The position numbers and the translations under genes are program-made. The notes beneath the pieces are model-generated. The model searched no databases. It was not told the DNA's origin and saw only the letters and a program-made list of their open reading frames with translations. From contig JAPKZD010000018.1 in assembly GCA_026393975.1 (NCBI GenBank), positions 160,807 to 224,806 of the forward strand: DNA of 64,000 nucleotides. Direction: 5' to 3'. How positions within the stretch are numbered: position 1 is the stretch's first letter; each line of letters starts with the position of its first letter. Below are positions 29,569 through 38,858 of the stretch, in pieces. Source of the stretch: Candidatus Aminicenantes bacterium. GTDB lineage: Bacteria; Acidobacteriota; Aminicenantia; Aminicenantales; Saccharicenantaceae.

Positions 29569-30819
29569 ATGAACGCGCATGAACTCGGGCAATCGCTGTC
29601 GCTGTGGGCCGTCGTCCCGTTCGCGGGACTTCTCCTGTCCATCGCCCTCCTTCCCCTCCGCGCGCCGCACTTCTGGGAGAACCACAAGAACAAGGCCCTC
29701 GTCGCCTTCCTCTGGTCCCTGCCCGTCGCCGTCTTCTTCCTCTTCCAGGCCCCCCACGAACTCGCCTTGTCGATGAAGGACTACTCTTCCTTCCTTCTTC
29801 TTCTCACGGCCCTGTTCATCATCTCCGGCGGCATCGTCCTCAAGGGCGACCTCAAGGCGCCCCCCGCGGTCAACACGATGTTCCTGCTCGTCGGCGCCGT
29901 TCTGGCCAATTTCATCGGCACGACCGGGGCGAGCATGCTCCTCATCCGTCCTCTCCTGCAGACTAACTCCGAGCGCCGGCGGACCCTCCACATCCCGATC
30001 TTTTTCATCTTCCTCGTCTCCAACATCGGCGGCAGCCTGACTCCGCTCGGCGACCCGCCGCTCTTCATGGGGCTCATCAAGGGCGTGCCCTTCTTCTGGA
30101 CGCTCCGGCTCTTCCCGCTCTGGGCCTTCATGGTCACCGGCGTCCTGGCCATTTTCTACGTCCTCGACCGGCACCACTACCATCGCGAGGAATGCCGCGA
30201 CCTCATCCGCGACCGGCGGCGCGTCGTCCCGCTGCACGTGACCGGGACGATCAACTTCCTCTGGATCGCCGGTGTCATCGCCGCGATCTTCCTGCCTTTC
30301 CCTCAGCGAGAGGGCGTGCTCATCCTCATGTCCGTCATGTCCCTGCTGACGACGAAGCGTCAATGCCGGACCGACAACAAATTCAACTACAACCCCATCC
30401 TCGAGGTGGCCATCCTCTTCGCCGGCATTTTCGTCACCATGATCCCGGCCCTGCTCATCCTCAACGCCCGCGGCGCCGATCTCGGCCTCACCCAACCGTG
30501 GCATTTCTTCTGGGCCTCCGGCTCCCTGTCGTCCTTCCTCGACAACACGCCGACCTACCTGGCCTTTTTCTCCATGGCCCAGGGCCTCGGGCTGAACGGC
30601 GACATGATGGGCATCCCGTCGATCTTCCTCAAGGCTATCAGCGCCGGCGCTGTCTTCATGGGCGCGAACTCCTACATCGGCAACGGCCCGAACTTCATGG
30701 TCAAGGTCATCGCCGAGGAATACAAGCTGAAGATGCCCTCGTTCTTCGGCTACATGGCCTACTCCTGCGCCGTTCTCATCCCGCTCTTCATCGTCGTCAC
30801 GCTCGTCTTTTTCAGGTAA
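29569..30819 (+). CDS. ArsB/NhaD-superfamily ion transporter (putative Na+/H+ antiporter or citrate-transporter-like permease).
   Basis: Twelve or more predicted TM helices. Family-typical segments GGSLTPLGDPP and GANSYIGNGPNFMV. Confidence 0.7.
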   Translation: MNAHELGQSLSLWAVVPFAGLLLSIALLPLRAPHFWENHKNKALVAFLWSLPVAVFFLFQAPHELALSMKDYSSFLLLLTALFIISGGIVLKGDLKAPPAVNTMFLLVGAVLANFIGTTGASMLLIRPLLQTNSERRRTLHIPIFFIFLVSNIGGSLTPLGDPPLFMGLIKGVPFFWTLRLFPLWAFMVTGVLAIFYVLDRHHYHREECRDLIRDRRRVVPLHVTGTINFLWIAGVIAAIFLPFPQREGVLILMSVMSLLTTKRQCRTDNKFNYNPILEVAILFAGIFVTMIPALLILNARGADLGLTQPWHFFWASGSLSSFLDNTPTYLAFFSMAQGLGLNGDMMGIPSIFLKAISAGAVFMGANSYIGNGPNFMVKVIAEEYKLKMPSFFGYMAYSCAVLIPLFIVVTLVFFR

Positions 30820-30991
30820 GAATCATCAGGACCCCGCCATGATTTCCACTCTCGCCGCGGCGCAAGTTCCGTGCCGTTCCTCTTCGTCCGCCGGTTTTGA
30901 GAAACGGGTACGCCGGGACGGATTGACACCACTAATGGTGCGGGCTGGGCGCCGTCCTACAAAGAAAAGTGGTCGACCGGTAAGAAAAAAA

Positions 30992-31019
30992 CTTGACATT
31001 TGGTCAGAATGGTCTATAA
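30992..31019 (+). promoter_or_regulatory. Sigma70-like promoter (TTGACA-N16-TATAAA) upstream of the ATP-grasp/GNAT/KamA operon.
   Basis: Exact -35 TTGACA at 30992-30997 and -10 TATAAA at 31014-31019, in an AT-rich intergenic region about 70 nt upstream of the ATG at 31090 (RBS GAAGGAA). Confidence 0.5.
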
Positions 31020-31089
31020 ATGAAAATGAATTAAATGATCACGGCCATCGGAAATTACGAAGGCTTGAGTTGAAAGAAGGAATAGAGCG

Positions 31090-32199
31090 ATGAAAGTAGC
31101 ATTGCTTTTCAGTTCGAAAGCGGGGATGGAAGCGACGCTCTCTCATCGCCCCGACGAGCGACACGACGAGGAAGACGAGCCCCCATCGCCAGTCGACCTG
31201 TTCGCGGAATGCGATTCGGACGAAACGATCGCGGCCGTCGGGCGGGTGCTCCAGGAACGGCACCAGGTTGTCTTCATCGAATCCGATGAGAAGGCCTACG
31301 CGCGCCTGAAGCGCCAGCGCCCCCATCTCGTCTTCAACATCGCCGAGCGCGTCGTCGGCCCGAACCGCGAATCCCACATCCCGACGATCTGCGAGATGCT
31401 GGACATCCCCTACACCGGCTCCGACCCGCTGACCCTCGGACTCTGCCTCGACAAGTCGCGGGCCAAGGAGATCCTGTCTTACCACAGGATCCCGAACCCG
31501 GCCTTCTGGATCGTCGAGTCCGCGGCCGGCATCCCGGCCGGCATCCGGCTCCCGGCCATCGTCAAGCCCCTCTTCGAGGGGTCGAGCAAGGGCATCAAGA
31601 ACAACTCCCTCGTCCACAGCCTGGGCGACCTCTACGAGCGCGTGGAGGAGGTCATCGCGGCCTACAACCAGCCGGTAATCGTCGAGCGTTTCCTCTCCGG
31701 CCGCGAGTTCACCGTCGGCGTCCTCGGAAACACTCCGAACCATGAGATCCTGCCCATCGTTGAGATCGACCACGGCCAGCTGCCCTCCGGGGCGGCGCCG
31801 ATCTATTCCTACGAGGCGAAGTGGGTTTGGGACACGCGGGAAAAACCCCTCGACATTTTCAAGTGCCCGGCGCCCGTCAGCCCGGTACTCAAGGCCAAGA
31901 TCGAGAACTTCGTCACGCGGACCTGCGCCGTGCTTCGCATCCGGGACTGGTGCCGGGTCGACATCCGGCTCGACGAAAAAGGAGAGCCCAACATCCTCGA
32001 GGTCAACCCGCTGCCGGGCATCCTGCCCAACCCCGAGGACAATTCCTGCCTGCCCAAGGCGGCCCGGACGGCCGGGTATTCCTATTCGGACCTGATCCAC
32101 AAGGTCGTCGAGGAGGCCTCGAAACGGTACGGCCTCCGTCCCACGCGCATCCGGCCTGCGGCGAGCGAGCGGCCGGCGGTCCTCGCGGATCGCGTATGA
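31090..32199 (+). CDS. D-alanine--D-alanine ligase-family ATP-grasp enzyme (paralog 1).
   Basis: Ddl-like N-domain plus ATP-grasp motifs (LPAIVKPLFEGSSKGI, EREFTVGVLG, C-terminal ILEVNPLPGI). Confidence 0.75.
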   Translation: MKVALLFSSKAGMEATLSHRPDERHDEEDEPPSPVDLFAECDSDETIAAVGRVLQERHQVVFIESDEKAYARLKRQRPHLVFNIAERVVGPNRESHIPTICEMLDIPYTGSDPLTLGLCLDKSRAKEILSYHRIPNPAFWIVESAAGIPAGIRLPAIVKPLFEGSSKGIKNNSLVHSLGDLYERVEEVIAAYNQPVIVERFLSGREFTVGVLGNTPNHEILPIVEIDHGQLPSGAAPIYSYEAKWVWDTREKPLDIFKCPAPVSPVLKAKIENFVTRTCAVLRIRDWCRVDIRLDEKGEPNILEVNPLPGILPNPEDNSCLPKAARTAGYSYSDLIHKVVEEASKRYGLRPTRIRPAASERPAVLADRV

Positions 32200-33230
32200 A
32201 TCCTGCCCCACATATCGCCATCGTTTTCAACGCCTACGAACCGAGACCGACGGCGACGGGCGAGCGTCTGTCCGAAGAGTCCGTGGCCGAGATGGCCCAG
32301 CAGACGCACGACGCCGTCCGCACGCTCGGGATCGAGGCGACGCTCATCCCCCTCCAGAGGAGCCTCCTCAATTTCCTGGGACGCGTCCGCGAGCTCAATC
32401 CCGACGTTCTGATCAACCTCTGCGAAGGGTACTACGGCCGGCCGCAGTGGGAGTCGAACGTCGCCGGCATCTTCGAGCTCCTCGGCCTCGCGTTCACCGG
32501 GAGCGCCGCCAAAACCCTGGCCTTCTGCCAGGACAAGTTCAAGGCCAAGGCCGTCCTCCGGGCCGCCGGCCTGCCCACGGCCCCGGCCCAGCTCATGCTG
32601 ACGGGGGACGAACCCCTCGAGCTGAAATTCCCGCTCATCGTCAAGCCGAACGCCGAGGACGCCAGCCTGGGCATCTACCCGGACTCCGTCGTCCGCGACG
32701 AGGAGTCCTTCCGCCGGCAGGTCCGGCGTTGCCTCGACAACTACAAGCAGCCGGTCCTCGTCGAAGCGTTCATCGATGGCCGGGAGTTCAACGTCTCGGT
32801 CCTGGAGAACGGCGCGGTGGCGCCCCTGCCGGTCTCCGAGATCGATTTCTCGGCCATGCCCAAGGACCTGCCGCGCATCCTCGGTTACGAAGCCAAGTGG
32901 TTCGAAGACAATCCGCTCTATCAAAAGACGCCCCCGGTCTGCCCGGCGCCCATCGACGAGGAGCTCCGTGCCAAGCTCCAGGGCCAGGCCGCCGCCGCGT
33001 TCCGGATCATGGGCTGCCGGGACTACGCCCGGGTCGATTTCCGGATGGACGCCAAGGGCCGGCCGTTCATCCTCGAGGTCAATCCGAACCCCGACATCAG
33101 CACCAACGCCGGCTATGCCCGGGCCCTCAAAGCGGGCGGGATCGCCTACGCTTCGTTCTGGGGCACGATGATCGAAAACGCCCTTGGGAGAAGAGTCGTC
33201 CATGATCCGACCGATGGAACCGCGCGATAA
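32196..33230 (+). CDS. D-alanine--D-alanine ligase-family ATP-grasp enzyme (paralog 2).
   Basis: ATG overlaps the upstream stop (ATGA). Motifs FPLIVKPNAEDASLGI, GREFNVSVLE, ILEVNPNPDIS. Confidence 0.75.
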   Translation: MNPAPHIAIVFNAYEPRPTATGERLSEESVAEMAQQTHDAVRTLGIEATLIPLQRSLLNFLGRVRELNPDVLINLCEGYYGRPQWESNVAGIFELLGLAFTGSAAKTLAFCQDKFKAKAVLRAAGLPTAPAQLMLTGDEPLELKFPLIVKPNAEDASLGIYPDSVVRDEESFRRQVRRCLDNYKQPVLVEAFIDGREFNVSVLENGAVAPLPVSEIDFSAMPKDLPRILGYEAKWFEDNPLYQKTPPVCPAPIDEELRAKLQGQAAAAFRIMGCRDYARVDFRMDAKGRPFILEVNPNPDISTNAGYARALKAGGIAYASFWGTMIENALGRRVVHDPTDGTAR

Positions 33231-33675
33231 GGAACCGGTCATGGACCTCATCCGGGCGACCGGATTTTTCATGCCCGCCGAGGTCGAGGTGGCCGAGGAG
33301 CTCATCGACGTCTATCTCGAGGATCCGGAGCAGAAAGACTATCGCATTGTCGTTGTCGAGAACGACCAGAAGGACGCCGTGGGCTACCTGACGTGGGGGC
33401 CGACGCCGCTCGCCGAGGACGCCTACGACTTGTACTGGATGGCCGTCGCGCCGTCCGAGCAGGGCAAGGGGCGGGGCAAGATGCTTGTCCGCTGGCTCGA
33501 GGACGAGGTCGGCCGGCGCGACGGACGGATGATCATCATCGAGACGTCGTCGCAGCCGAAGTACCACGGCACGAGGCAGTTTTATATCGACTTGGACTAT
33601 AAAGAAGTCGCCCGGATCCCGGATTATTACCGGGCCGGGGACGACCGCGTCATCTACGCGAAGTATTTTCGCTGA
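33202..33675 (+). CDS. GNAT-family N-acetyltransferase.
   Basis: GNAT acetyl-CoA-binding motif QGKGRGKMLVRWLEDE. Overlaps the 3' end of ATP-grasp paralog 2. Confidence 0.7.
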   Translation: MIRPMEPRDKEPVMDLIRATGFFMPAEVEVAEELIDVYLEDPEQKDYRIVVVENDQKDAVGYLTWGPTPLAEDAYDLYWMAVAPSEQGKGRGKMLVRWLEDEVGRRDGRMIIIETSSQPKYHGTRQFYIDLDYKEVARIPDYYRAGDDRVIYAKYFR

Positions 33676-33692
33676 CAAGGAGTTTCGAGGAG

Positions 33693-34805
33693 ATGGACGA
33701 CTGGCAACGCTTGCTCCAGGGCAGTCTCCGGAAACCGGAGGAGATCGCCCGACGTTTCGGACTGGATGTCGAGGAGGTCCGCCGGATCGCCCGCGTTTTC
33801 AAGATCCAGATCACGCCGTATTACGCTGGTTTGATCAAGGAGCGCGGCGACGCGATGTGGCGCCAACTGGTGCCCGACCCGGCCGAATTGAAGGAAAATA
33901 CCGGGGAAACGGATCCCCTCCAGGAGGACAGGGACTCGCCCGTGCAGAGCATCGTCCACCGCTACCCCGACCGCTGCCTCTTCCTGGTTTCGCACAGCTG
34001 CGCCTCGTACTGCCGTTTCTGTACGCGCAAGAGAAAGGTCGGAGACGTGTCGAAGATCCACCCCCGGTACATCGAGGACGGCCTCGCCTACATCCGGAAC
34101 CATTCGGAGATCCGGGACGTCGTCATTTCGGGCGGCGACCCGCTCATGCTGAGCGACCGCAAGCTCGAGGCGATCATCAAGGGCGTCCGGGCCATCCCTC
34201 ACGTCGAGATCATCCGTGTCGGCACGCGCGTCCCTTGTGTCCTGCCGCAGCGGGTCACGGAAAAGCTCGTGGCCATGCTCCGCAAGTACCATCCGCTTTA
34301 TGTCAACGTCCACTTCAACCACCCCGACGAGATCACGCCGGAATCGTCGCGCGCCCTGAATTTGCTGGCCGACGCCGGCATCCCGCTGGGGAACCAGACC
34401 GTGCTCCTCAAAGGCGTCAACGACGACCCGCTGGTCATGCGCCGGCTCATGCAAAAGCTCCTCTCGGTCCGGGTCCGGCCCTACTACATCTACCAGGCGG
34501 ACTACGTTTCGGGCACCGAGCACCTGAGGACGACGGTCGAAAAGGGACTCGAGATCATGGAGGCCCTGCGGGGCTGGACGTCGGGGCTGGCCGTCCCGTA
34601 TTACTGCATCGACGCGCCCGGGGGCGGCGGCAAGATTCCGGTCCTTCCGAAGTACCTCCAGTCGATCACCGACGAGCAGGTCGTCCTGCGGAATTACGCC
34701 GGCGAGCTCTTCGTCTACCCGCAGGTGAAGCCGAAGCCGAAGCGCAAACCACGTCCGGCGATCGCTCCCTGCTATAGCTTCGACGGCGCCCCCCCCATGC
34801 CATAA
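33693..34805 (+). CDS. KamA-family radical SAM lysine 2,3-aminomutase.
   Basis: CASYCRFCTRK (CxxxCxxC of KamA), ISGGDPL, and the PLP-binding region. About 370 aa. Confidence 0.85.
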   Translation: MDDWQRLLQGSLRKPEEIARRFGLDVEEVRRIARVFKIQITPYYAGLIKERGDAMWRQLVPDPAELKENTGETDPLQEDRDSPVQSIVHRYPDRCLFLVSHSCASYCRFCTRKRKVGDVSKIHPRYIEDGLAYIRNHSEIRDVVISGGDPLMLSDRKLEAIIKGVRAIPHVEIIRVGTRVPCVLPQRVTEKLVAMLRKYHPLYVNVHFNHPDEITPESSRALNLLADAGIPLGNQTVLLKGVNDDPLVMRRLMQKLLSVRVRPYYIYQADYVSGTEHLRTTVEKGLEIMEALRGWTSGLAVPYYCIDAPGGGGKIPVLPKYLQSITDEQVVLRNYAGELFVYPQVKPKPKRKPRPAIAPCYSFDGAPPMP

Positions 34806-34812
34806 GCGGTCA

Positions 34813-34877
34813 AAAAGAAGGTACCAGGTCTCCGCACTGCCAATTTTGGCATTGCGTAGACCTGGTACCTTCTTTTT
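34813..34877. repeat. 65-bp near-perfect palindrome (left flank of the Y1 transposase gene).
   Basis: AAAAAGAAGGTACCAGGTCTCCGCACTGCCAA-TTTTGGCATTGCGTAGACCTGGTACCTTCTTTTTT. The arms are complementary with two mismatches. Same core as the palindrome at 35896..35955. Confidence 0.8.
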
Positions 34878-35821
34878 TAGGGGGGAAGACGACGCTCAAT
34901 TTCGCCGACGGTGCGAGCCAACGTATCGTTGTGAATGAGCTCTTTTCGTATCCGGCGACAAATATCCGTTATTCCGGAAACTCCTAATTGGAAGAACTCT
35001 CCAATCTCTTTGAGCGTGTAATCGGTATCCTTATGGCTGATAAATATCGAGAGATTTCGAGTGAACCTGTTTTTTGAGCCAAGGGACGATTCTGTAGCTG
35101 CGAATATTTGTTCTAGCCCCGGCCGGGGAAAGAGCTTACGGAGTTGAGGTAGGTCTCGAACTGGATGTGCATTTGTATCTGACAGGAATGATTTCCTGAT
35201 CCGTTCGGTGAAGTCGGCATTTCCAAGTATTCCGGTTTGCCTTGCCGCCTCGAGGGGGCTCGGCAGATTTTGGGACAAACGCCAAATAATATGCTCTTCG
35301 TAATTGTTCCTCGCCTCGGCCAGGGACGTCCCGAACAGGCGAAGAACGAACGAGTTAGTCGTCCATGGTTGTGGCGCCGCTATCCCTAAAAATTCACGGT
35401 AATTAGACCAGACGTAATCTTCGGGACGGTTAACGATCCTGGCCCGAACCGGATTAAGGTGGATATAGGGCGCGAGCTCCCGCGCATATTCCTCTGCTTG
35501 AACTAAGATCGCCGTAAATCGAGATTGGAAAGTATGCCCACAGCGGTCATGTTTCAGGTTGAAGTAGCTTGAATACCTCATGTTGATCAAGTGCATGATC
35601 CTAGAAAGCTGGCCCTGAGGTGTTTCAAGAAAAAGATGGTAGTGATTCTCCATCAGGCAATAAACATGTATGACAACGCCTAACTTTTCATGGGCATCTC
35701 TTAAGCAATTAAGGAAGAAATATCTATCCTCATCGGCGAGAAAGATTGGCAGTCTTCTATTCCCTCGAGAGGTCACATGATAGAACGCGCCCGGGAATTC
35801 GATTCTCAGAGGTCTCGCCAT
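34877..35821 (-). CDS. IS200/IS605-like (REP-associated, RAYT-type) Y1 tyrosine transposase with a C-terminal extension.
   Basis: HuH-Y1 motifs FYHVTSRGNRRLPIF and HVYCLMENHYHLFLE. C-terminal region resembles DnaA-C-like HTH extensions seen in some RAYT/IS200-like proteins. Confidence 0.75.
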   Translation of the reverse strand: MARPLRIEFPGAFYHVTSRGNRRLPIFLADEDRYFFLNCLRDAHEKLGVVIHVYCLMENHYHLFLETPQGQLSRIMHLINMRYSSYFNLKHDRCGHTFQSRFTAILVQAEEYARELAPYIHLNPVRARIVNRPEDYVWSNYREFLGIAAPQPWTTNSFVLRLFGTSLAEARNNYEEHIIWRLSQNLPSPLEAARQTGILGNADFTERIRKSFLSDTNAHPVRDLPQLRKLFPRPGLEQIFAATESSLGSKNRFTRNLSIFISHKDTDYTLKEIGEFFQLGVSGITDICRRIRKELIHNDTLARTVGEIERRLPP

Positions 35822-35895
35822 GGCCTCATCTCAAGGAGCTTGTTTCTTGAAGATAGACGCTCAGCCACCAATTCTTTTCTCAAGGGGAAGCGAAC

Positions 35896-35955
35896 AAGAA
35901 GGTACCAGGTCTACGCAATGCCAATTTTGGCATTGCGTAGACCTGGTACCTTCTT
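35896..35955. repeat. 60-bp perfect palindrome (right flank of the Y1 transposase gene).
   Basis: AAGAAGGTACCAGGTCTACGCAATGCCAA-TT-TTGGCATTGCGTAGACCTGGTACCTTCTT. Confidence 0.85.
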
Positions 35956-35961
35956 ATTTTC

Positions 35962-38058
35962 TTATTTAAGGGAAGCGAGGTAGGCGCTGAGGCCGACGGC
36001 CTTGACGATGTCGAGCGTTTCTTCCCGGCTGATGCCGCGTTTCTGCTTCAGCGACTCCAGGATGCGGACGATGGAAAAAGCGACCTCGGCCGTCTGCCCC
36101 GCCTCGGCCTGCCGGTCCTTGAGGTAGGCGATGGAATCGAAAAGGACGGCGTTGGCCTCGCCGTAGGATATCGGCTCGCGCCCGCCGTTCGCCTTAACCC
36201 AATCGGCCAGCCCCAGAATGTCGTTCACGTGCGACTGGATGAGATACGTGGCCCGGCCGACGAGCTTGAGGTTGCTGGGGCTGACGTTGGTCATGGTATT
36301 GCCGACGACCTTGCCGAGCTTGGCCATGACGGCCGTCGAATGGGCATTGAGGAGCATCTTGGCCGCGATCTGCTGCCGCAGGCCGAACGGGTCGCCCGTC
36401 GCCCGGACATGGACGGGGACCACGATGAGCCTGCCGCTCCGCCCCTCGAACAGACGCCGGATTCCCGCCTCTAACTGCGGGTATTCCTTCTGCGGACGGT
36501 CGGTGACCAGAACGACCGCCGCATCGGCGCCGCTTTCCCCGGCGAGCCGTAGGACCTTCCCGAATGACGACCCTTCGCGCCCGAACTCGCTCTCCTCGGG
36601 CATCAGGCCGACCAGGACGCATAAGTCTCCCTTCTTCGGGCCGCGCCGCTCCAAGTTCGATGCGGAAAGTGAAAAATCGTAGAGCTCCGCCTGGTCGTCC
36701 CCGGCCTTCTTCAGGCTCTCGAGCGCTGCCCGCCGCAGGTAGGGATCGTCGATGCCCGTTTCGAACGCCGGCCTGTACTTCTCGGACGCCAACCCGCGGA
36801 AGGGCCTGCCCAGAAAAGCGCGCCAGGCGTCGCCGGCTGTCTTCGCCCCCGTCCAGACCTGGATCCAGCATTTCCGCTGCGGCTCCCTGACGGTGTCCAG
36901 CGGGAAGAGCCGGAACGTCGGGCTCCGTTCCGTGCTGTCGATGAAGACCGTGATCAGCCCTTTTTCGGCGTAGTATGTTGAGAACCGTCCGCCCGCGTAA
37001 GCCGCCGCCTCGATGTCGGTCAACGGTGCGAGAGCCGGGAGCGCCGCCCGCGCCCCCTCGAGGACGCCGCCGAACTCGCTGAGCTTCGCCGCGACCCCCG
37101 CTCGTTCCGCTCCGCCGCCGTCCTCAAAACCGAACCGAACCATCTCGTTCTCCCCGAGGAAACGGGCCAGGGCCCGGCCCACAGCCGTCTCGATGACGGC
37201 GGCCACGACATAGGTCTCGATGGTCGTGGCCTGCATCCGCGTCGAGCCGGTGATGGCCTGGGGCCCGGTCGTCAGGTTGATCTTGGTGATGCCCGGCTCA
37301 GTCAGGACGCTACGGCTCCGGTCGAAGGGCAGGAGCCTGTCGTCCGGGTTGTTGTAGACGAAGTACAGCCGCTTGCGGCTCTCTCCGGGGCTGTATCCCG
37401 GCTCGCCCTTCCACTCGTCGAGCGCGGCCAGGACCGTCCCGATGACCGACGACGTCTCGCCGCCCTCGGTGACGCAGATGACGACGTCGCCCTTGCGGAT
37501 ACCCCTGTCATGGAGCTGCAGGCGGCCGATGAGCTGGAGGTCCTCGAAGCCCTCGAGGGAGCTGATCAAGGCCCTGTCCGCCCCGGTCATCTCGCCGATG
37601 AGGGCATCCTCGACGCCCTCCGGAATGCGGCCGGCGAGCTTCGCCGCGATCTTTCTGTCTGCCTTCACCCTCCGCCAAAAGGGACGCCAGAACGTGCTCT
37701 CCATCTGCTTGGCCAGCCGGCCCGTGGCCCCGCAACCGTAAACATAGATCTTCCTGCCGCCGAGGATGGCGTCCTCGACGGCCCGGGCGGCTTGCTCGAG
37801 GACCGCGGGCGCCGCCGCCAGTTCCTCCAATTTTGCCCGGATATCGTCGTCGACCGAAGACAGCATCTTCAGGCCGGCCAGCGTGTCCTTCTGGATGCGC
37901 TCGCCGAGGGGCCACGTTTTCTGATGGCGCTGCTCCGTGAGCAAGGCATGGAGCTGGAACTGCGTTTTCGTCCGGACGTAATCGACGGATTCCGCGGAAG
38001 GCTCGACCCCGAGCAACTTGAGAAGATTCCCCTTTGCATCCCCTGTTTCTTGCGTCAT
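35962..38058 (-). CDS. Double-SIS-domain protein of the GCKR/MurQ (glucokinase regulator / MurNAc-6-P etherase) family.
   Basis: Internal start MTQETGDAKG at 38058. GCGATGRLA SIS phosphosugar-binding signature and a second SIS-like half. About 699 aa. Confidence 0.65.
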   Translation of the reverse strand: MTQETGDAKGNLLKLLGVEPSAESVDYVRTKTQFQLHALLTEQRHQKTWPLGERIQKDTLAGLKMLSSVDDDIRAKLEELAAAPAVLEQAARAVEDAILGGRKIYVYGCGATGRLAKQMESTFWRPFWRRVKADRKIAAKLAGRIPEGVEDALIGEMTGADRALISSLEGFEDLQLIGRLQLHDRGIRKGDVVICVTEGGETSSVIGTVLAALDEWKGEPGYSPGESRKRLYFVYNNPDDRLLPFDRSRSVLTEPGITKINLTTGPQAITGSTRMQATTIETYVVAAVIETAVGRALARFLGENEMVRFGFEDGGGAERAGVAAKLSEFGGVLEGARAALPALAPLTDIEAAAYAGGRFSTYYAEKGLITVFIDSTERSPTFRLFPLDTVREPQRKCWIQVWTGAKTAGDAWRAFLGRPFRGLASEKYRPAFETGIDDPYLRRAALESLKKAGDDQAELYDFSLSASNLERRGPKKGDLCVLVGLMPEESEFGREGSSFGKVLRLAGESGADAAVVLVTDRPQKEYPQLEAGIRRLFEGRSGRLIVVPVHVRATGDPFGLRQQIAAKMLLNAHSTAVMAKLGKVVGNTMTNVSPSNLKLVGRATYLIQSHVNDILGLADWVKANGGREPISYGEANAVLFDSIAYLKDRQAEAGQTAEVAFSIVRILESLKQKRGISREETLDIVKAVGLSAYLASLK

Positions 38059-38339
38059 CCCCGTCGCGACCAACGTCACGATAGCCGCTACAGCCGCTGC
38101 CGCCCTGCCTCTCCCTCCGAGTTCCTTATTCCTCCTCTCTTTTGGTTCTTCTCCTATTAAAGCGGAAGTCCTCCGTCGGGCGGCGATGGATATCGCCCCG
38201 ACGACCCCCGTAGCGGAGGGGGACCCATCGTTTGCGATGGGGGGACCGTCGGGACAGGTTCCCGGGGGGGCCGGGGGGCTAGGGGGGATATCCTTTGCCG
38301 AGCCGAAAAGGAGAGTTCCGCGAAATTGGGAGAAGAACC

Positions 38340-38858
38340 TCACTCGTCTTTCCCGTATTGATGTTCGTCGTCGAGGATGTCGCGCTCCTGCCAATCCCGG
38401 ATCCACTCCTCGACCCGGAAGACCATGGTTCCGCCGTCGGCCGTCGAGCAGACGACCCGGTCGAGGCCGCAGTTGATCAGCATCTTTTTGCAGATGTAGC
38501 AGGGGAAGGCGTCGATCGGCGCGCTCCCGCCCGGGGCGCTGCCGTAGATGTACATGTTTCCCCCGAGCAGGCTGACGCCCGCCCGGGCGGCGTTGATGAT
38601 GGCGTTCTGCTCGGCGTGGACGCTGCGGCAGAGCTCGTAGCGCTGGCCGTGGGGGATGCCCAGCCGGTCGCGCAGGCAGAAGCCGTGCTCGAGGCTGTCG
38701 CGGGTCTTGCGCGGGGCGCCGACGTAGCCCGTCGAGATGATCTGGTCGTCACGGACGACGATGGCTCCGATCGTTCTCCGGAAGCAGGTGCTCCGGAGCG
38801 AGACTTCCTTGGCGATGCCCAGATAGTAAAGGTCCTTGGGCGTTCTCGGCGGCGTCAT
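38340..38858 (-). CDS. Deoxycytidylate (dCMP) deaminase.
   Basis: CMP/dCMP deaminase zinc motifs HAEQNAI and PCYICKKML. Confidence 0.8.
   Translation of the reverse strand: MTPPRTPKDLYYLGIAKEVSLRSTCFRRTIGAIVVRDDQIISTGYVGAPRKTRDSLEHGFCLRDRLGIPHGQRYELCRSVHAEQNAIINAARAGVSLLGGNMYIYGSAPGGSAPIDAFPCYICKKMLINCGLDRVVCSTADGGTMVFRVEEWIRDWQERDILDDEHQYGKDE

Larger units (their letters stand above)
34813..35955 (-). mobile_element. Compact IS200/IS605- or REP/RAYT-type element: Y1 transposase flanked by two near-identical ~60-bp palindromic hairpins.
   Basis: Hairpins at 34813..34877 and 35896..35955 share the core GGTACCAGGTCTACGCAATGCCAATTTTGGCATTGCGTAGACCTGGTACC and bracket the transposase ORF. Confidence 0.65.
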
